Of a stretch of 64,000 nt of DNA, positions 53,301-62,800 are shown piece after piece. Made by a program: the position numbers and the translations under genes. The stretch is from contig CBDCVR010000013.1 of assembly GCA_965223155.1 (NCBI GenBank), positions 32,001 to 96,000 of the forward strand. The letters run 5' to 3'. Each line of letters begins with the position of its first letter. The first letter of the stretch is position 1. This DNA is from Candidatus Multivoradales bacterium (GTDB lineage: Bacteria; Acidobacteriota; Thermoanaerobaculia; Multivoradales; JAHEKO01). Below the pieces are notes generated by a model. That model did not search any database. It saw nothing but the letters and a program-made list of their open reading frames with translations, and was not told the origin of the DNA.

Positions 53301-53479
53301 TTTCGCTGGTGCCGATTCTCTGGGCCACGGGCACCGGGGCCGACGTCATGCGCCGGATCGCGGCGCCCATGGTCGGCGGCATCGTGACCTCGTTTCTGGC
53401 CGAACTTCTGGTGCTCCCCGGGGTCTACCTCCTTTGGCGCGGGTACCAGATGCGCCGCGACGGGTCCGTCGGCGCCTGA
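50360..53479 (+). CDS. cusA: Cu(I)/Ag(I) efflux RND permease (CusA/SilA)
   Basis: DAIPDLSDVQVI, GPDATGVGW, EFMPPL, LSMIET, WTMPIK.RIDMLSTG, RIAAPMVGG. Confidence 0.92.
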   Translation: MLNRLIAWSLANRLLVLVVLAVALALGVWSVRESRIDAIPDLSDVQVIVFTEYSGQAPQVVEDQVTYPITSKMLAVPYAKVVRGYSFFGYSFVYVIFEDGTDLYWARSRVLEYLSGLAERLPAGVTPQLGPDATGVGWAFMYVLNSDEHSLADLRSFQDWYLKYGLSSVEGVAEVASIGGFVRQYQVEVDPVRLRAYGLPLSRVRNAIQRSNVEVGGRLVEMSEREFMVRGRGYVREVRDLENVVLGSGPGGVPILLRDVANVTIGPEIRRGLADWNGEGETVGGIVVVRTGADTRSTIRRVKERLAELEAGLPDEVEIEIAYDRTGLIERSVDTLTDTLLEESIVVALVCLVFLFHLRSALVAIVSIPASILLAFVIMRAQGLGANIMSLGGIAISIGVLVDAAVIMVENAHKHYEAWRGKRSHLEIIRRSAQEVGPTLFFTLLVITVSFLPIFALEAQEGRLFKPLAFTKTYTMALSSLLAVTVVPVLMYWFVRGRILSEERHPVSRFLRAVYRPVLAAALRWRWPVLVVTLLVLLLTLVPLSRIGAEFMPPLWEGDLLYMPTTFPGVSVSKAREILQQTDKIIRSFPEVESVLGKVGRAETATDPAPLSMIETTILLKDPSEWRPGLTKDDLIRELDEAVRFPGLTNAWTMPIKTRIDMLSTGIKTPVGIKVGGPDLNELERLAREIESVVKPLPGTLSAYAERVMGGSYLDFDIDREAASRYGLTVGDIQDVVQSAVGGMNVSWTVEGLERYPINLRYPRELRDNPAALEQILVATPTGAQVPLGQLARLELRQGPPGIKSENARPNAWVYVDLRGIDVGSWVERARAEVESRVEVPPGYTVFWSGQYEYMLRAKQRLLVIVPLTLALIFLILYFHLKSVMKTAMVLSAIPFSLVGSVWLLYALDYNWSIAVWVGMIALAGLAAETGVVMLLYLDLAFEKRRSAGELRSFKDLAAAVDQGAVQRIRPKMMTVLTVLVSLVPILWATGTGADVMRRIAAPMVGGIVTSFLAELLVLPGVYLLWRGYQMRRDGSVGA

Positions 53480-53519
53480 CCAGGAGTCCCGCTCGTGGGA
53501 CGCCCGCCGCGGCCCGGGC

Positions 53520-54341
53520 TCAGTCGCCGGCGAGCTGGCCGGCGGTTTCGACCGCTTGCACCACCGCCTTGATCAGGGTGACCCGTAGGCCGCCCTCCTC
53601 GAGCTCGAGCAGGCCGTCGATGGTGCAACCGGCCGGAGTCGTGACCGCGTCCTTGAGCAGCGCCGGGTGGCTGCCGGTCTCGAGCACCATGCCGGCCGCG
53701 CCCAGAGTGGTCTGGGCGGCGAGCAGGGTCGCCACGTCCCGCGGCAGGCCGACCTTGACCCCGGCTTCGGCCAACGATTCCAGGATCACATAGACGAAGG
53801 CCGGGCCGCTGGCCGAAAGGCCGGTGACCGCGTTCATGTAGCGCTCGTCGAGCACCACGGTCCGGCCGACCGCATCGAAGAAGCCCTGAGCGCGGGCGAG
53901 ATCGTTCTCGCCGGCATGGGCGCCCGGTGACAGAGCGGTCATTCCGTGGCCGATCGCCGTCGGGGTGTTGGGCATCGCCCGGATGACGGGGACCGTGCCC
54001 ACGAGGCCCTCGATGGCCGAGGTCGGCACCGCCGCCGCGACCGAGATCAGGAGCTTCGAGGCGTCGAGCGCCGGGGCGATCTGGCGGCAGACCTCAGCCA
54101 CGGTCGGAGGCTTGACGCACAGGATGAGGACGTCGGCGCGCTCGGCGGCGGCGCGGTTATCGGTCGAAACCTCGATTCCGAACCGCTCGACGCGGCCCGG
54201 AACGTGTTCGTCGTGCCCGACGGTTGCCACCACCCGGTTCGGAGTGACCAGCCCCTCCTCCAGAAATGCGGCCAGGAGGATGCCTCCGAGCTTGCCGAGT
54301 CCGAGAACGCCCAGGGTGGCTTGACGGTCCGCTGTACTCAT
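53520..54341 (-). CDS. proC: Pyrroline-5-carboxylate reductase
   Basis: LCVKP, RAMPNTP, GLSASGPAF, VTTPAGCTI. Confidence 0.92.
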   Translation of the reverse strand: MSTADRQATLGVLGLGKLGGILLAAFLEEGLVTPNRVVATVGHDEHVPGRVERFGIEVSTDNRAAAERADVLILCVKPPTVAEVCRQIAPALDASKLLISVAAAVPTSAIEGLVGTVPVIRAMPNTPTAIGHGMTALSPGAHAGENDLARAQGFFDAVGRTVVLDERYMNAVTGLSASGPAFVYVILESLAEAGVKVGLPRDVATLLAAQTTLGAAGMVLETGSHPALLKDAVTTPAGCTIDGLLELEEGGLRVTLIKAVVQAVETAGQLAGD

Positions 54342-54436
54342 ATCGTGCCTCCGCCTGGATCGTACCGTTCGGAGCGCGCCGCGGAATAGGGGGTTCGAGC
54401 AACGAGCCGCGGCCCTGGGGCGGCGGCACGCACTTC

Positions 54437-54442
54437 TATAAT
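54437..54442 (+). promoter_or_regulatory. -10 box TATAAT upstream of peptidase
   Basis: Consensus hexamer in GC-rich intergenic DNA, 21 nt before ATG 54464; GGAGG RBS in between. Confidence 0.55.
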
Positions 54443-54463
54443 GACCGCCGACGGGGAGGTCGA

Positions 54464-55852
54464 ATGCGAACGAAAGACGGGATTGCAGCAGTCACCCTTG
54501 CCGCCATGACGCTGGCCGGGCCGTGGTACGGGTCGGGCCCAGCCCGCGCCGGAACGACAGGGCCCGCTTTCGCGGCGGCCGGTGCGGCGGCGAGCGGCTG
54601 GAACCGGGCGCGGGCGCGTTGGGAGCGGATGAACCAGATCCGGCGCGACAAGTTCGACTTGGTGCTGCCCGAGGCCATGCGCGAGAACGGCATCGATCTC
54701 TGGATCGTGATGATCCGCGAGGCGAACTACGAGCCTCTCTGGCCGGACCTCGGCCATGGTTACACCATGGATCGGGGTTTCTACGTCTTCTTCGATCCGG
54801 GCGAGGGGCGCGTCGAACGGGCGGCTCTAGGAATCTCGGGTCCCCGCCTGGAGGGCTCGGGTGCTTACGACTACTTCGGCTCGGCCGACGAGCTGGCCGA
54901 GTTCGTCGGCAGCCGGAACCCGTCGCGCATCGGACTCAACCTGTCGCGCGCGATCGGTCCCGCCGATGGCCTGTCCCACACCGGGTACGAGGAGATCCTG
55001 GAGACGCTGGGATCGGAGCTCGCCGGCCGGGTGGTCTCGGCCGAGAAGTTGGTGTCGGACTTTCGCTCGCGCCGGGTGGCGACCGAGATTGCCGCCTATG
55101 CCGAGGCCGGCGAGATCTCGCGCGAGATCGCCGAACGGGCCTTCTCGAACGAGGTTATCGTGCCGGGAGAGACGACCTTGGCGGACGTGGCTTGGTGGAT
55201 GGCGGAGGAGACCGACCGGCGAGGCCTGGACCTGTCCTTCGGCCAGCCCTCGGTCTACGTCACCGGTCCGGGCGGCATCGAAGCGATCTCGAGCGAGCGC
55301 GTGATCCAGCGTGGCGATCTCTTGATGATCGATTGGGGAGTCGGCTTCTTGAACCTCTATACCGACATGAAACGGGTGGCCTACGTGCTGCGGGAGGGCG
55401 AAACCGAAGCGCCGGAGGGTTTCCGGCGGGCCTACGAACAGGCCCTGGCCGCTCGAGACGTGGTGCGCCGGACGATCCGGTCGGGCGTGCCCGCCCGGGA
55501 GGCCGAGCGAGCCGTCTACACCGCCCTCGAAGCAGCTGGCTTCCAGGAGATCGGCTTCAATCAGCCGAGCGATCGGGACGTGACCGACGTCGTCATCGGC
55601 TGCCATTCGGTGGGCAACTCAGGGCACGGCGCCGGACCCTCGATTGCCTTCTTCAATCCCACGCGCCTGACCTATGAGATTCGGCCCACGAATCTGCTCT
55701 CGATCGAGCTCTTCGCCTACACGCGAGTGGCCGACGTCGAAGGATGGAATGGCGCCAAGCTGCGCATCCCGATCGAGGACGACGCGGTGGTGACTGGGCG
55801 CGGCGTGGAGTGGCTGTACCCGGCCGCCGATCGCATCCTGCTGATTCGGTAG
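54464..55852 (+). CDS. Secreted M24 family (Xaa-Pro) metallopeptidase
   Basis: Signal peptide; DWG..LYTD, HSVGNSGH, SIE, IEDD pita-bread ligands. Confidence 0.8.
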   Translation: MRTKDGIAAVTLAAMTLAGPWYGSGPARAGTTGPAFAAAGAAASGWNRARARWERMNQIRRDKFDLVLPEAMRENGIDLWIVMIREANYEPLWPDLGHGYTMDRGFYVFFDPGEGRVERAALGISGPRLEGSGAYDYFGSADELAEFVGSRNPSRIGLNLSRAIGPADGLSHTGYEEILETLGSELAGRVVSAEKLVSDFRSRRVATEIAAYAEAGEISREIAERAFSNEVIVPGETTLADVAWWMAEETDRRGLDLSFGQPSVYVTGPGGIEAISSERVIQRGDLLMIDWGVGFLNLYTDMKRVAYVLREGETEAPEGFRRAYEQALAARDVVRRTIRSGVPAREAERAVYTALEAAGFQEIGFNQPSDRDVTDVVIGCHSVGNSGHGAGPSIAFFNPTRLTYEIRPTNLLSIELFAYTRVADVEGWNGAKLRIPIEDDAVVTGRGVEWLYPAADRILLIR

Positions 55853-55917
55853 CCGGCGGGAATTCGGCCGCGCGTCCCGAGCTTCGGCCAAGAGGGCCGC
55901 AGGCGTGGGCGCGGGCG

Positions 55918-56490
55918 CTAGCCGCGGTGGATTCGGGGCGGCCCGCCGGCGCCGTGGGCGATCGAGAACGAGACGTGGATCACGCCGGAGTCAACGCAGC
56001 GGTGGACGTCGAATCCGCTGTGCAGGAAGACCTCCATCATCTTGAGGTTCTCGCCCAGTACCTCGCCGGTGAAAACCTCGACGCCGAGGCCACGTCCCAC
56101 GTTCGCCAGATGGTAGAGCAGAAGCGTGCCGATGCCGCGGTTCTGGTACTCGTCGATGACGGCGAAGGCGGCCTCGGCTTCGATCGGTCTGGCGTCCGGC
56201 GCGACGACGTAGCGCGCCACGCCGACGATGTGCTCGGAGCCGCCCTCTTGGCAGGTCGCCACCAGGCCCACGTGGCGACTGAAATCGACCTCAGTGAAGT
56301 AGGAAAGATCGCGTTCGCTGAGCCGGGCCTTGAGCTCGAAGAAGCGGAAGTAGACCGACTCCGGGCTCAGCCGGCTGAAGGATTCCTGGAGCAGATCCTT
56401 GTCATCCGGCCGGATCGCCCGGATGAGGAGGTCGGCGCCGTCGCGGGTCGTCTCGCGAGCTTCGTAGCCCCGAGCGTCGGAAGTCCTCAC
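55918..56490 (-). CDS. Stand-alone GNAT acetyltransferase resembling the GNAT domain of Pat-type lysine acetyltransferases
   Basis: IRAIRPDD, LSPESVYFRFF, IVGVARY, AFAVIDEYQNRGIG, ENLKMMEVF. Start GTG 56490. Confidence 0.8.
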   Translation of the reverse strand: MRTSDARGYEARETTRDGADLLIRAIRPDDKDLLQESFSRLSPESVYFRFFELKARLSERDLSYFTEVDFSRHVGLVATCQEGGSEHIVGVARYVVAPDARPIEAEAAFAVIDEYQNRGIGTLLLYHLANVGRGLGVEVFTGEVLGENLKMMEVFLHSGFDVHRCVDSGVIHVSFSIAHGAGGPPRIHRG

Positions 56491-56509
56491 CTGGGATAGC
56501 CTACGCCGG
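56491..56509. promoter_or_regulatory. Putative bidirectional -10 element TAGCCTA driving two leaderless transcripts
   Basis: Plus strand: TAGCCT (56497-56502), 7 nt, ATG 56510. Minus strand: TAGGCT (56503-56498), 7 nt, GTG 56490. Confidence 0.6.
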
Positions 56510-58627
56510 ATGAGCCCTTCGACGCGAGTGGCCCGAAGCCTGGATGCGATCTTCTCGCCTCGAACCATTGCCGTTGTGGGTGCTTCGCGGCGGCGCGACT
56601 CGATCGGCTACGCCCTCGTGCACAACCTGGTGATGAGCCGGTTCGAAGGGACGATCTTTCCGGTGAATCCGAAGGCGCGGTCGATTCACTCGCTCCGGGC
56701 CTATCCCTCCCTCGCGGAGGTGCCGGATCCAGTGGATCTGGCGGTGATCGTGGTTCCGAGGGAGACCGTCCTCGAGGTAGTGGACGAGTGCGCCGAGGCC
56801 GGAGCCAAGGGGCTCGTCGTCATCACCGCGGGGTTCGCCGAGACCGGCGCCGAGGGGGCGCGCCTGGAGCGCGAGTTGGCGAAGAAGGCGGCGGCGGCGG
56901 GCATGCGCATGATCGGTCCGAACTGCATGGGAGTGATCAACGCCGACGAGGCGGTGTCGATGAACGCCACCTTCGCGCCCACGCCGGCCGAGCGCGGCTC
57001 GCTCGGTTTCGTCAGCCAGTCCGGCGCCTTGGGGGTGGCGATCTTGAACGCGGCTTCCAATCTGGGCATCGGCTTCACCCAGTTCGCGTCGATCGGCAAC
57101 AAGGCCGACATCACCAGCAACGATCTGCTGGAGTACTGGGAGGACGACGACAAGACCCGGGTGGTGTGCATGTACCTCGAATCGTTCGGCAATCCGCGCC
57201 GCTTTACCGAGGTCGCCAAGCGAGTGGGCCGCAAGAAGCCGATCCTGATCGTCAAGTCGGGACGAACGGAAGAGGGGGCGCGGGCGGCCTCGAGTCACAC
57301 CGGCGCCGTGGCGGGTCACGACGTGACCGTATCGACCTTCCTGGCCGAGTGCGGCGTGCTGCGGGCGAACTCCATCGAGGAGCTCTTCGCCGTGGCTCAG
57401 GCGCTCGATCGCTGCAATCTGCCGGGCGGCAATCGCGTGGCGATCCTGACCAACGCCGGTGGGCCGGCGATCATGGCAACGGACGCGCTGGTGAACCAGC
57501 ACCTGGAGATCGCAACGCTGTCTGAGGCGACCCGCGAACGGCTGGCTTCGGTGCTGCCGGCTGAGGCCAGCGTCGCCAACCCGATCGACATGATCGCTTC
57601 GGCGACCGCCGCCGACTACCGGCGGTGTCTCGAGATCCTGGCCGCCGACGACAGCGTGAACATGGTGCTGGTGGTCAACGTCACGCCGCTCCTGGGCAAC
57701 CCCATCGACGTTCTGACCGAGATCGGCGCCGCGATCGACGCCGGCATCGAGGTGCCCGTGCTGTCCGTGATGATGGCAACCGAAGACTTCTACGAGGCGG
57801 TCCAGCGGCGGCCGGATCTCCCTCCGGTCTACCGCTTCCCGGAGCCGGCGGCTCGAGCCCTGGCTCAGATGACGCGCTACGCCGAATGGCGGCGGCGGCC
57901 GGCGGCCGAGGAAGCCCCCGACTTTCAAGTCGATGACGAGGCCGTGGCCGAGATTCTGGCCCGTACCCAGGGCGGCTTCCTGCCGGTCCAGGATGCGTTT
58001 CGCGTGCTCGAGCTCTACGGCATCCCGGTGATCCCCTGGCGCCTAGCGGCGAGCGCGGACGAGGCGGTGGCGGCCGCGGGCCAGCTGGGGTTTCCGGTCG
58101 CGATCAAGGCGGAGGCGCCGGGCCTGGTGCACAAGAGCGACATCGGGGCGCTCCGGTTGGGGCTCGAGAGCTCGCTTCAGGCCTCCGACGCGGTCGCCGG
58201 CATCGCCGCCGCGCTAGACCGCGAGAAGCTCGCGCCGAGCGGATACCTGGTGCAGAAGATGGGTGGCGGCGGCCACGAGGTCCTGTTCGGGATCGCCACC
58301 GATGAGCGCTTCGGCCCGGTCTTGGCCGTGGGCCTCGGGGGCCGCTACGTGGAAGTCTGGCGCGACGTACGTTTCGGCGTGCCGCCGCTGTCGCGAGCTG
58401 AAGCCGAGGCCATGATTCGGGGTCTGCGCGGTTTCCGGCTGCTGGAAGGCGTACGCGGCGATCGTCCGGCGGACTTGGACGTTCTGGTGGAGGCGCTGAT
58501 GCGCCTTGCCCAGTTGTCGCAACGACATCCGGCGATCCAGGAGCTCGACATCAATCCCTTCCTGGCGGCGCCGGACCGGGCCGAGGCGGTGGCCGTGGAC
58601 GTCCGGATCTCGGTCAGCTCCGGCTAG
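56510..58627 (+). CDS. Acyl-CoA synthetase (NDP-forming), fused alpha-beta; acetate--CoA ligase family
   Basis: AVVGAS, GPNCMG, SQSGALG, SIGNKAD, SHTGAVAG (phospho-His), HKSDIG, ELDINP. Confidence 0.88.
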   Translation: MSPSTRVARSLDAIFSPRTIAVVGASRRRDSIGYALVHNLVMSRFEGTIFPVNPKARSIHSLRAYPSLAEVPDPVDLAVIVVPRETVLEVVDECAEAGAKGLVVITAGFAETGAEGARLERELAKKAAAAGMRMIGPNCMGVINADEAVSMNATFAPTPAERGSLGFVSQSGALGVAILNAASNLGIGFTQFASIGNKADITSNDLLEYWEDDDKTRVVCMYLESFGNPRRFTEVAKRVGRKKPILIVKSGRTEEGARAASSHTGAVAGHDVTVSTFLAECGVLRANSIEELFAVAQALDRCNLPGGNRVAILTNAGGPAIMATDALVNQHLEIATLSEATRERLASVLPAEASVANPIDMIASATAADYRRCLEILAADDSVNMVLVVNVTPLLGNPIDVLTEIGAAIDAGIEVPVLSVMMATEDFYEAVQRRPDLPPVYRFPEPAARALAQMTRYAEWRRRPAAEEAPDFQVDDEAVAEILARTQGGFLPVQDAFRVLELYGIPVIPWRLAASADEAVAAAGQLGFPVAIKAEAPGLVHKSDIGALRLGLESSLQASDAVAGIAAALDREKLAPSGYLVQKMGGGGHEVLFGIATDERFGPVLAVGLGGRYVEVWRDVRFGVPPLSRAEAEAMIRGLRGFRLLEGVRGDRPADLDVLVEALMRLAQLSQRHPAIQELDINPFLAAPDRAEAVAVDVRISVSSG

Positions 58628-58807
58628 CCTGGCTTTCTCACAAGCCTTCGTCCAGAAAGCCGCAAGTGTCTGGATCTGCGGCGTTACGCTCCACTCAGGC
58701 TCCTCGACGTAGCTACAGCTACGCCTGCGTCGCCCTCGGTCGCAAGCCTTGCATCTCCAAACACTTGAGACCTTCTGATTCAAACGCCTGTGAGAAAGCC
58801 AGGCTAG
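58624..58807. mobile_element. CTAG-bounded palindromic MITE/REP-like element, copy B
   Basis: Perfect 19-bp terminal inverted repeat CTAGCCTGGCTTTCTCACA; inner arms CAAGTGT/ACACTTG; core GCTCCTCGACGTAGCT. Confidence 0.75.
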
Positions 58808-58824
58808 GCCGGAGAGGGGGCAAG

Positions 58825-58851
58825 AAAAAAGAGGGTCCCGAAGGACCCTCT
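58825..58851 (-). terminator. Rho-independent terminator of the RRM gene
   Basis: Minus strand GAGGGTCC-TTCG-GGACCCTC followed by TTTTTT. Confidence 0.85.
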
Positions 58852-58918
58852 GAAGTTGGTTGGCCTTGCCGCGACGAACCGGAGCCCCGAGACTCGGGAT
58901 CCGTCACCTTGGAATCGG

Positions 58919-59200
58919 CTACCAGGAACGGCGATCGCGGAAGCCGCCGTCGTCGCGCCGAGGACGGGCCTCGTTGACGGTCAGCGAGCGGCCGCCCATC
59001 GAGGTGCCGGCCAACGCGGCGATCGCTGCATCGGCGGCGTCTCCCGGCATCTCGACGAAGCCGAAGCCACGGGGACGCCCGGTGTGGCGATCCATGATGA
59101 GGTTGACACTCTCGACGTCACCGTAGGGGGCGAACAGCTCACGGAGCTCCTCGTCGGTGGCGCTGTACGGCAGGTTGCCTACGTAAATCTTCTTACTCAT
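58919..59200 (-). CDS. RRM-domain RNA-binding protein
   Basis: RNP2 IYVGNL, RNP1 RGFGFVEM, VNEARPR. Confidence 0.92.
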   Translation of the reverse strand: MSKKIYVGNLPYSATDEELRELFAPYGDVESVNLIMDRHTGRPRGFGFVEMPGDAADAAIAALAGTSMGGRSLTVNEARPRRDDGGFRDRRSW

Positions 59201-59391
59201 GTTGTCTCTGTCTCTTTCTCGAGGTGGCGTGGATACACCACGCGCGTTGCTGATTAGCGATTCCGACGGCCGGAATCTCCCGACGGAGCTGAATTCCTAG
59301 TGACGCTTGGGAAGGACTACTTTCTGAAAGACTCGGGGCATTCGTCAGCAGCGTTCCCCCATGGGTCAGGGGATGAGGCTCCAACGCAGGC

Positions 59392-59421
59392 AGTATATGC
59401 ACGGTTTTCCCGCCCTGTAAA
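59392..59421 (-). promoter_or_regulatory. Sigma70-type promoter of RRM gene
   Basis: Minus strand TTTACA, 18 bp, TATACT. Confidence 0.65.
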
Positions 59422-59867
59422 GCATTTCCGGGGGGCGTGAGGTCGGGCCTCACCGGGCCTCTGTTGCGGTACGTTGGGCGGCGAGGCCGGGCCTTGCCGT
59501 TTGCACTTGGTGTCCGCCCCACAACGGGGTCCCCGCAAGAAAGGCGAAGCCGTGCCGGAGGCTCGGCCTTCCTGGCCGCCGGGGCTGTCAGGGAGAAGAA
59601 GGTTGAGCGCCGCCGCCTGGGACCTGTACACTAGGCGCCGCTGCGGGCCGCGAGGGCTCCGGGCCCCAAGCAGGCCTGGGAATCCGGTTCGCCGCGGCGG
59701 CTGCGGGCCAGCGCCCGCGGCGATGTCGGAGTCGGCCTCCACATCTGGTCTTTCTGCTACGAGTCCCTCGGAAAGTCGCCCGTTCCCAGGCGCCCTCGCG
59801 AATCGCCGGAGCGATGCCCCCGAGGCAGCCGAGCCGGTCCTCGAGGTAGGCCACAGCCCAAGCTTTG

Positions 59868-62800
59868 ATGAGCAAGGAAAGTTCAAGTCCAGCCCGCAAG
59901 CGCGGTCGCGGCCGTGGCCGGAGCGGGGCTCCTCAGGGGCCGGTGCCGCTGCATCGGCGTAGCCGCTCGCACTTTCGACCGGAAGAGCGCGAGCGCGGTG
60001 TCGAGTGCTTCTTCGAAGGGCGAGTCGGACTGGAGATCGACGGTCCGCGAGCCCAGGGCAGCGTGACCCTGGGCGAGGGCGATGCCGCCGAGACCTTTCG
60101 CGTGGGCGTCGATTGGCACCGGATCGCCGAGCGGAGAGTTCACACCTATTGCGAGTGCCCGCGCTTCGAGCGCGGCCAGTTCTGCCGCCACGTGTGGGCG
60201 GTTCTGCTGGCATTGGGTGAGTCGGGTGAAGAGCACCAGCCGCCCGGCAAGGACCGCCTGGGACTGCGCAAGGACGGTCCGGAGGCGTGGACCGAGCTCA
60301 CCTCCTTCGCCGGCGGGGAGACGGTGGAGCCGCCGCCGGCCGAGCCCGGCCGCGATCCCGAGGCGATCAAGAAGACCGTGCACTTGGCCCGGCCGCCGCG
60401 CAAGGCGGCGCGCTCGGCGGCGCGGTCGGGCCGGGGCGCCCCGGCCTCCTGGCGGTCGGTCGTGGCGGCTCTCGGTGACGAGCTTGCGGTGGCGCAGGGC
60501 CCTGCCGCGATTCCGCAGAGCGCGGCGCCGGCGCGGAACCCGACGCCGGTTCAGTTCGCGATCAACACGGCCGCAAGCGAGCAGAGCGCGGGCCTCGTTC
60601 TGGACATCTTCGAGCGTTCGGTCTCGGCCGGAGGCAAGCCCAAGAAGGCCAAGCGCGCGACGGTCGAGCACGGCCGCCTCGAGCGGTTGCTGCTGCCTTC
60701 CGGACCCAATGGCGGCGACTCGCCGGCGCCTTCGCTGACCCTGGTTCCGGAACTGTCGCCGGCTCCGGCCCGCCGCAAGAACCCGCCGCGGAAGGGCGGA
60801 CGCCGGCGCAAACAGGCGCAGGACGGAGTCAGGCGGCTCATGCTTCCGCCGGCGCTCTATCCTTTGGCTTTGCCGCACCTCGCGAGCCAGCGCATGCTCA
60901 GCCGCTGGGACGGCCGGGCGCTCAACAGCGTCCGTCCTGTGCGCTGGGACAGCGGCGGCGTTTGGCACCTGGCACTGGAACTGGCGGTGGGCTCGAAGGG
61001 AGTGGCCCGGCTGACCGGCGCGCTCGAGCGGCGCACCGAGTCGATTCCCTTGGGTGAGCCGGCCCTGATTCTGGTGCCCGCCGCGGACGGGCAGAACGGT
61101 TCTTCGCGGGCACTGGTGGTGCTGGCCGACACCATCGGCTGGCTGGAAGTGGATCGGCGGCGCGACCTGCCGTGGATCCGGTTTCTGCGAAGCGACGGTG
61201 AGCTGGTGATTCCCGAAAAGGAAGTCGAGATGGCGGTCTCGCAGCTTCTGCAGCTTCCGGCGCTGCCGCGGCTGGAGATGCCGGACGACCTGGGGCTGGA
61301 AGAAGAGATCCGTACGCCTCAGCCGCGACTGGCCTTGGAGCCCGAGCCGGCGTATCTGAACCGGCCCTACTTGGCCGAGCTTTCCTTCGACTACGGGACG
61401 GTCGAGATCGAGGCCGACGACACGCGCTCCTCGGTCGTGGATTGGGAGACCCGCACGATGCTGCGGCGGGACCTGGAGCAGGAGAGCGCGGCGGTGGTGC
61501 GCCTGCTGGAGCTGGGGCTCAATGCGGTCGAGTCGGCGGACGGGGGGATGCAGGCGTTGCACCTCGATCCGAGCCGGCTGCCGGCGGTGATCGAGCCATT
61601 GCTCCAGGAGGGCTGGAGCGTCGAGGTCCAGGGCCGAACCGTGTGTCCGCCCAGCCCGCCGAACCTCAAGATCGAAAGCGGCATCGACTGGTTCGATCTC
61701 TCGGGCGAAGTTGACTTCGACGGAGACCAGTTGGATCTGGCCGCGGTGCTGGATGCTGTCTCCCGGGGCGATCACTTCGTCGAGCTGGAAGACGGTTCCA
61801 AGGGGCTGCTGCCAACCGCCTGGATGGAAACCTACGACTCGCTCGCCGACGCCGCCCGCGAGACCACTGAATCCGGCTTGCGATTCCAGTTCTCGCAGGC
61901 GCTGCTGGTGGACGCCCTGCTGACCGCGATGCCGCCCGCGGACGTTGACGAGGCGTTTTCGAACCTGCGCGAGAAGCTGGGCTCATTCGAGCGGATTAAG
62001 CCGAAGAAGGAGCCGCGCGGTTTCGGCGGCACGCTGCGCGCCTATCAGCGTCGGGGCTTGGGCTGGCTGACGTTTCTGCGCGAGTTCGGTCTCGGGGGTG
62101 TCCTCGCCGACGACATGGGATTGGGCAAGACCGTGCAGGTCCTGGCCCTGATTCTCGCCCACCGAACGCCATCGAAGACGACCAAGCTACCGTTTCTGGT
62201 CGTGGCTCCTCGGAGCGTGGTCTACAACTGGCTGGACGAAGCCGCCCAGTTCACTCCCAAACTCAAGGTCGTCGAATACCGCGGAGCCGGCCGCGAGGAG
62301 CTGCTCGAGAAATTCGGCAAGTTCGACGTCGTGGTCACGACCTACGGCACGCTCCGTCGCGACATCAGCGAGCTGGCCCAGATCGAGTTCGACACGGTGA
62401 TTCTGGACGAGGCCCAGGCGATCAAGAATCCGACGTCTCAGACCGCCAAGGCCAGCCGTCTGCTGAACGCGCGCCATCGTCTGGCGCTGACCGGCACGCC
62501 CATCGAGAATCACCTGGGCGAGCTGGGCTCGATCTTCGAATTCCTGAATCCGAACTTCCTGGGCCGGCTGCCCCGGCTCGAGGTACTGACCGCGCGCAGG
62601 GTTCCGAGCAAGAAGGAGCTAGCGCAGCTCGCCGAGGATCTAAGGCCGTTTATCCTACGCCGCACAAAGGCCCAGGTGCTGCCCGACCTGCCGCCCAAGA
62701 CCGAACAGGTTCTGCTTTGCACCATGCGCTCGGAGCAGCGCGAGCTCTACGACCAGGTTCGGGCCGGGTACCAGGCCAGCCTGCTCGAGCAGGTCGAGAC

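Noticed and set aside
55853-56509. Invertible segment flipping the GNAT into fusion with the ligase
   Set aside because: No flanking inverted repeats or recombinase found; the symmetric promoter explains the arrangement more simply.
59430-59860. ncRNA or small gene in the RRM-SNF2 intergenic region
   Set aside because: No recognisable RNA family motif, and the ORFs lack convincing composition or RBS.
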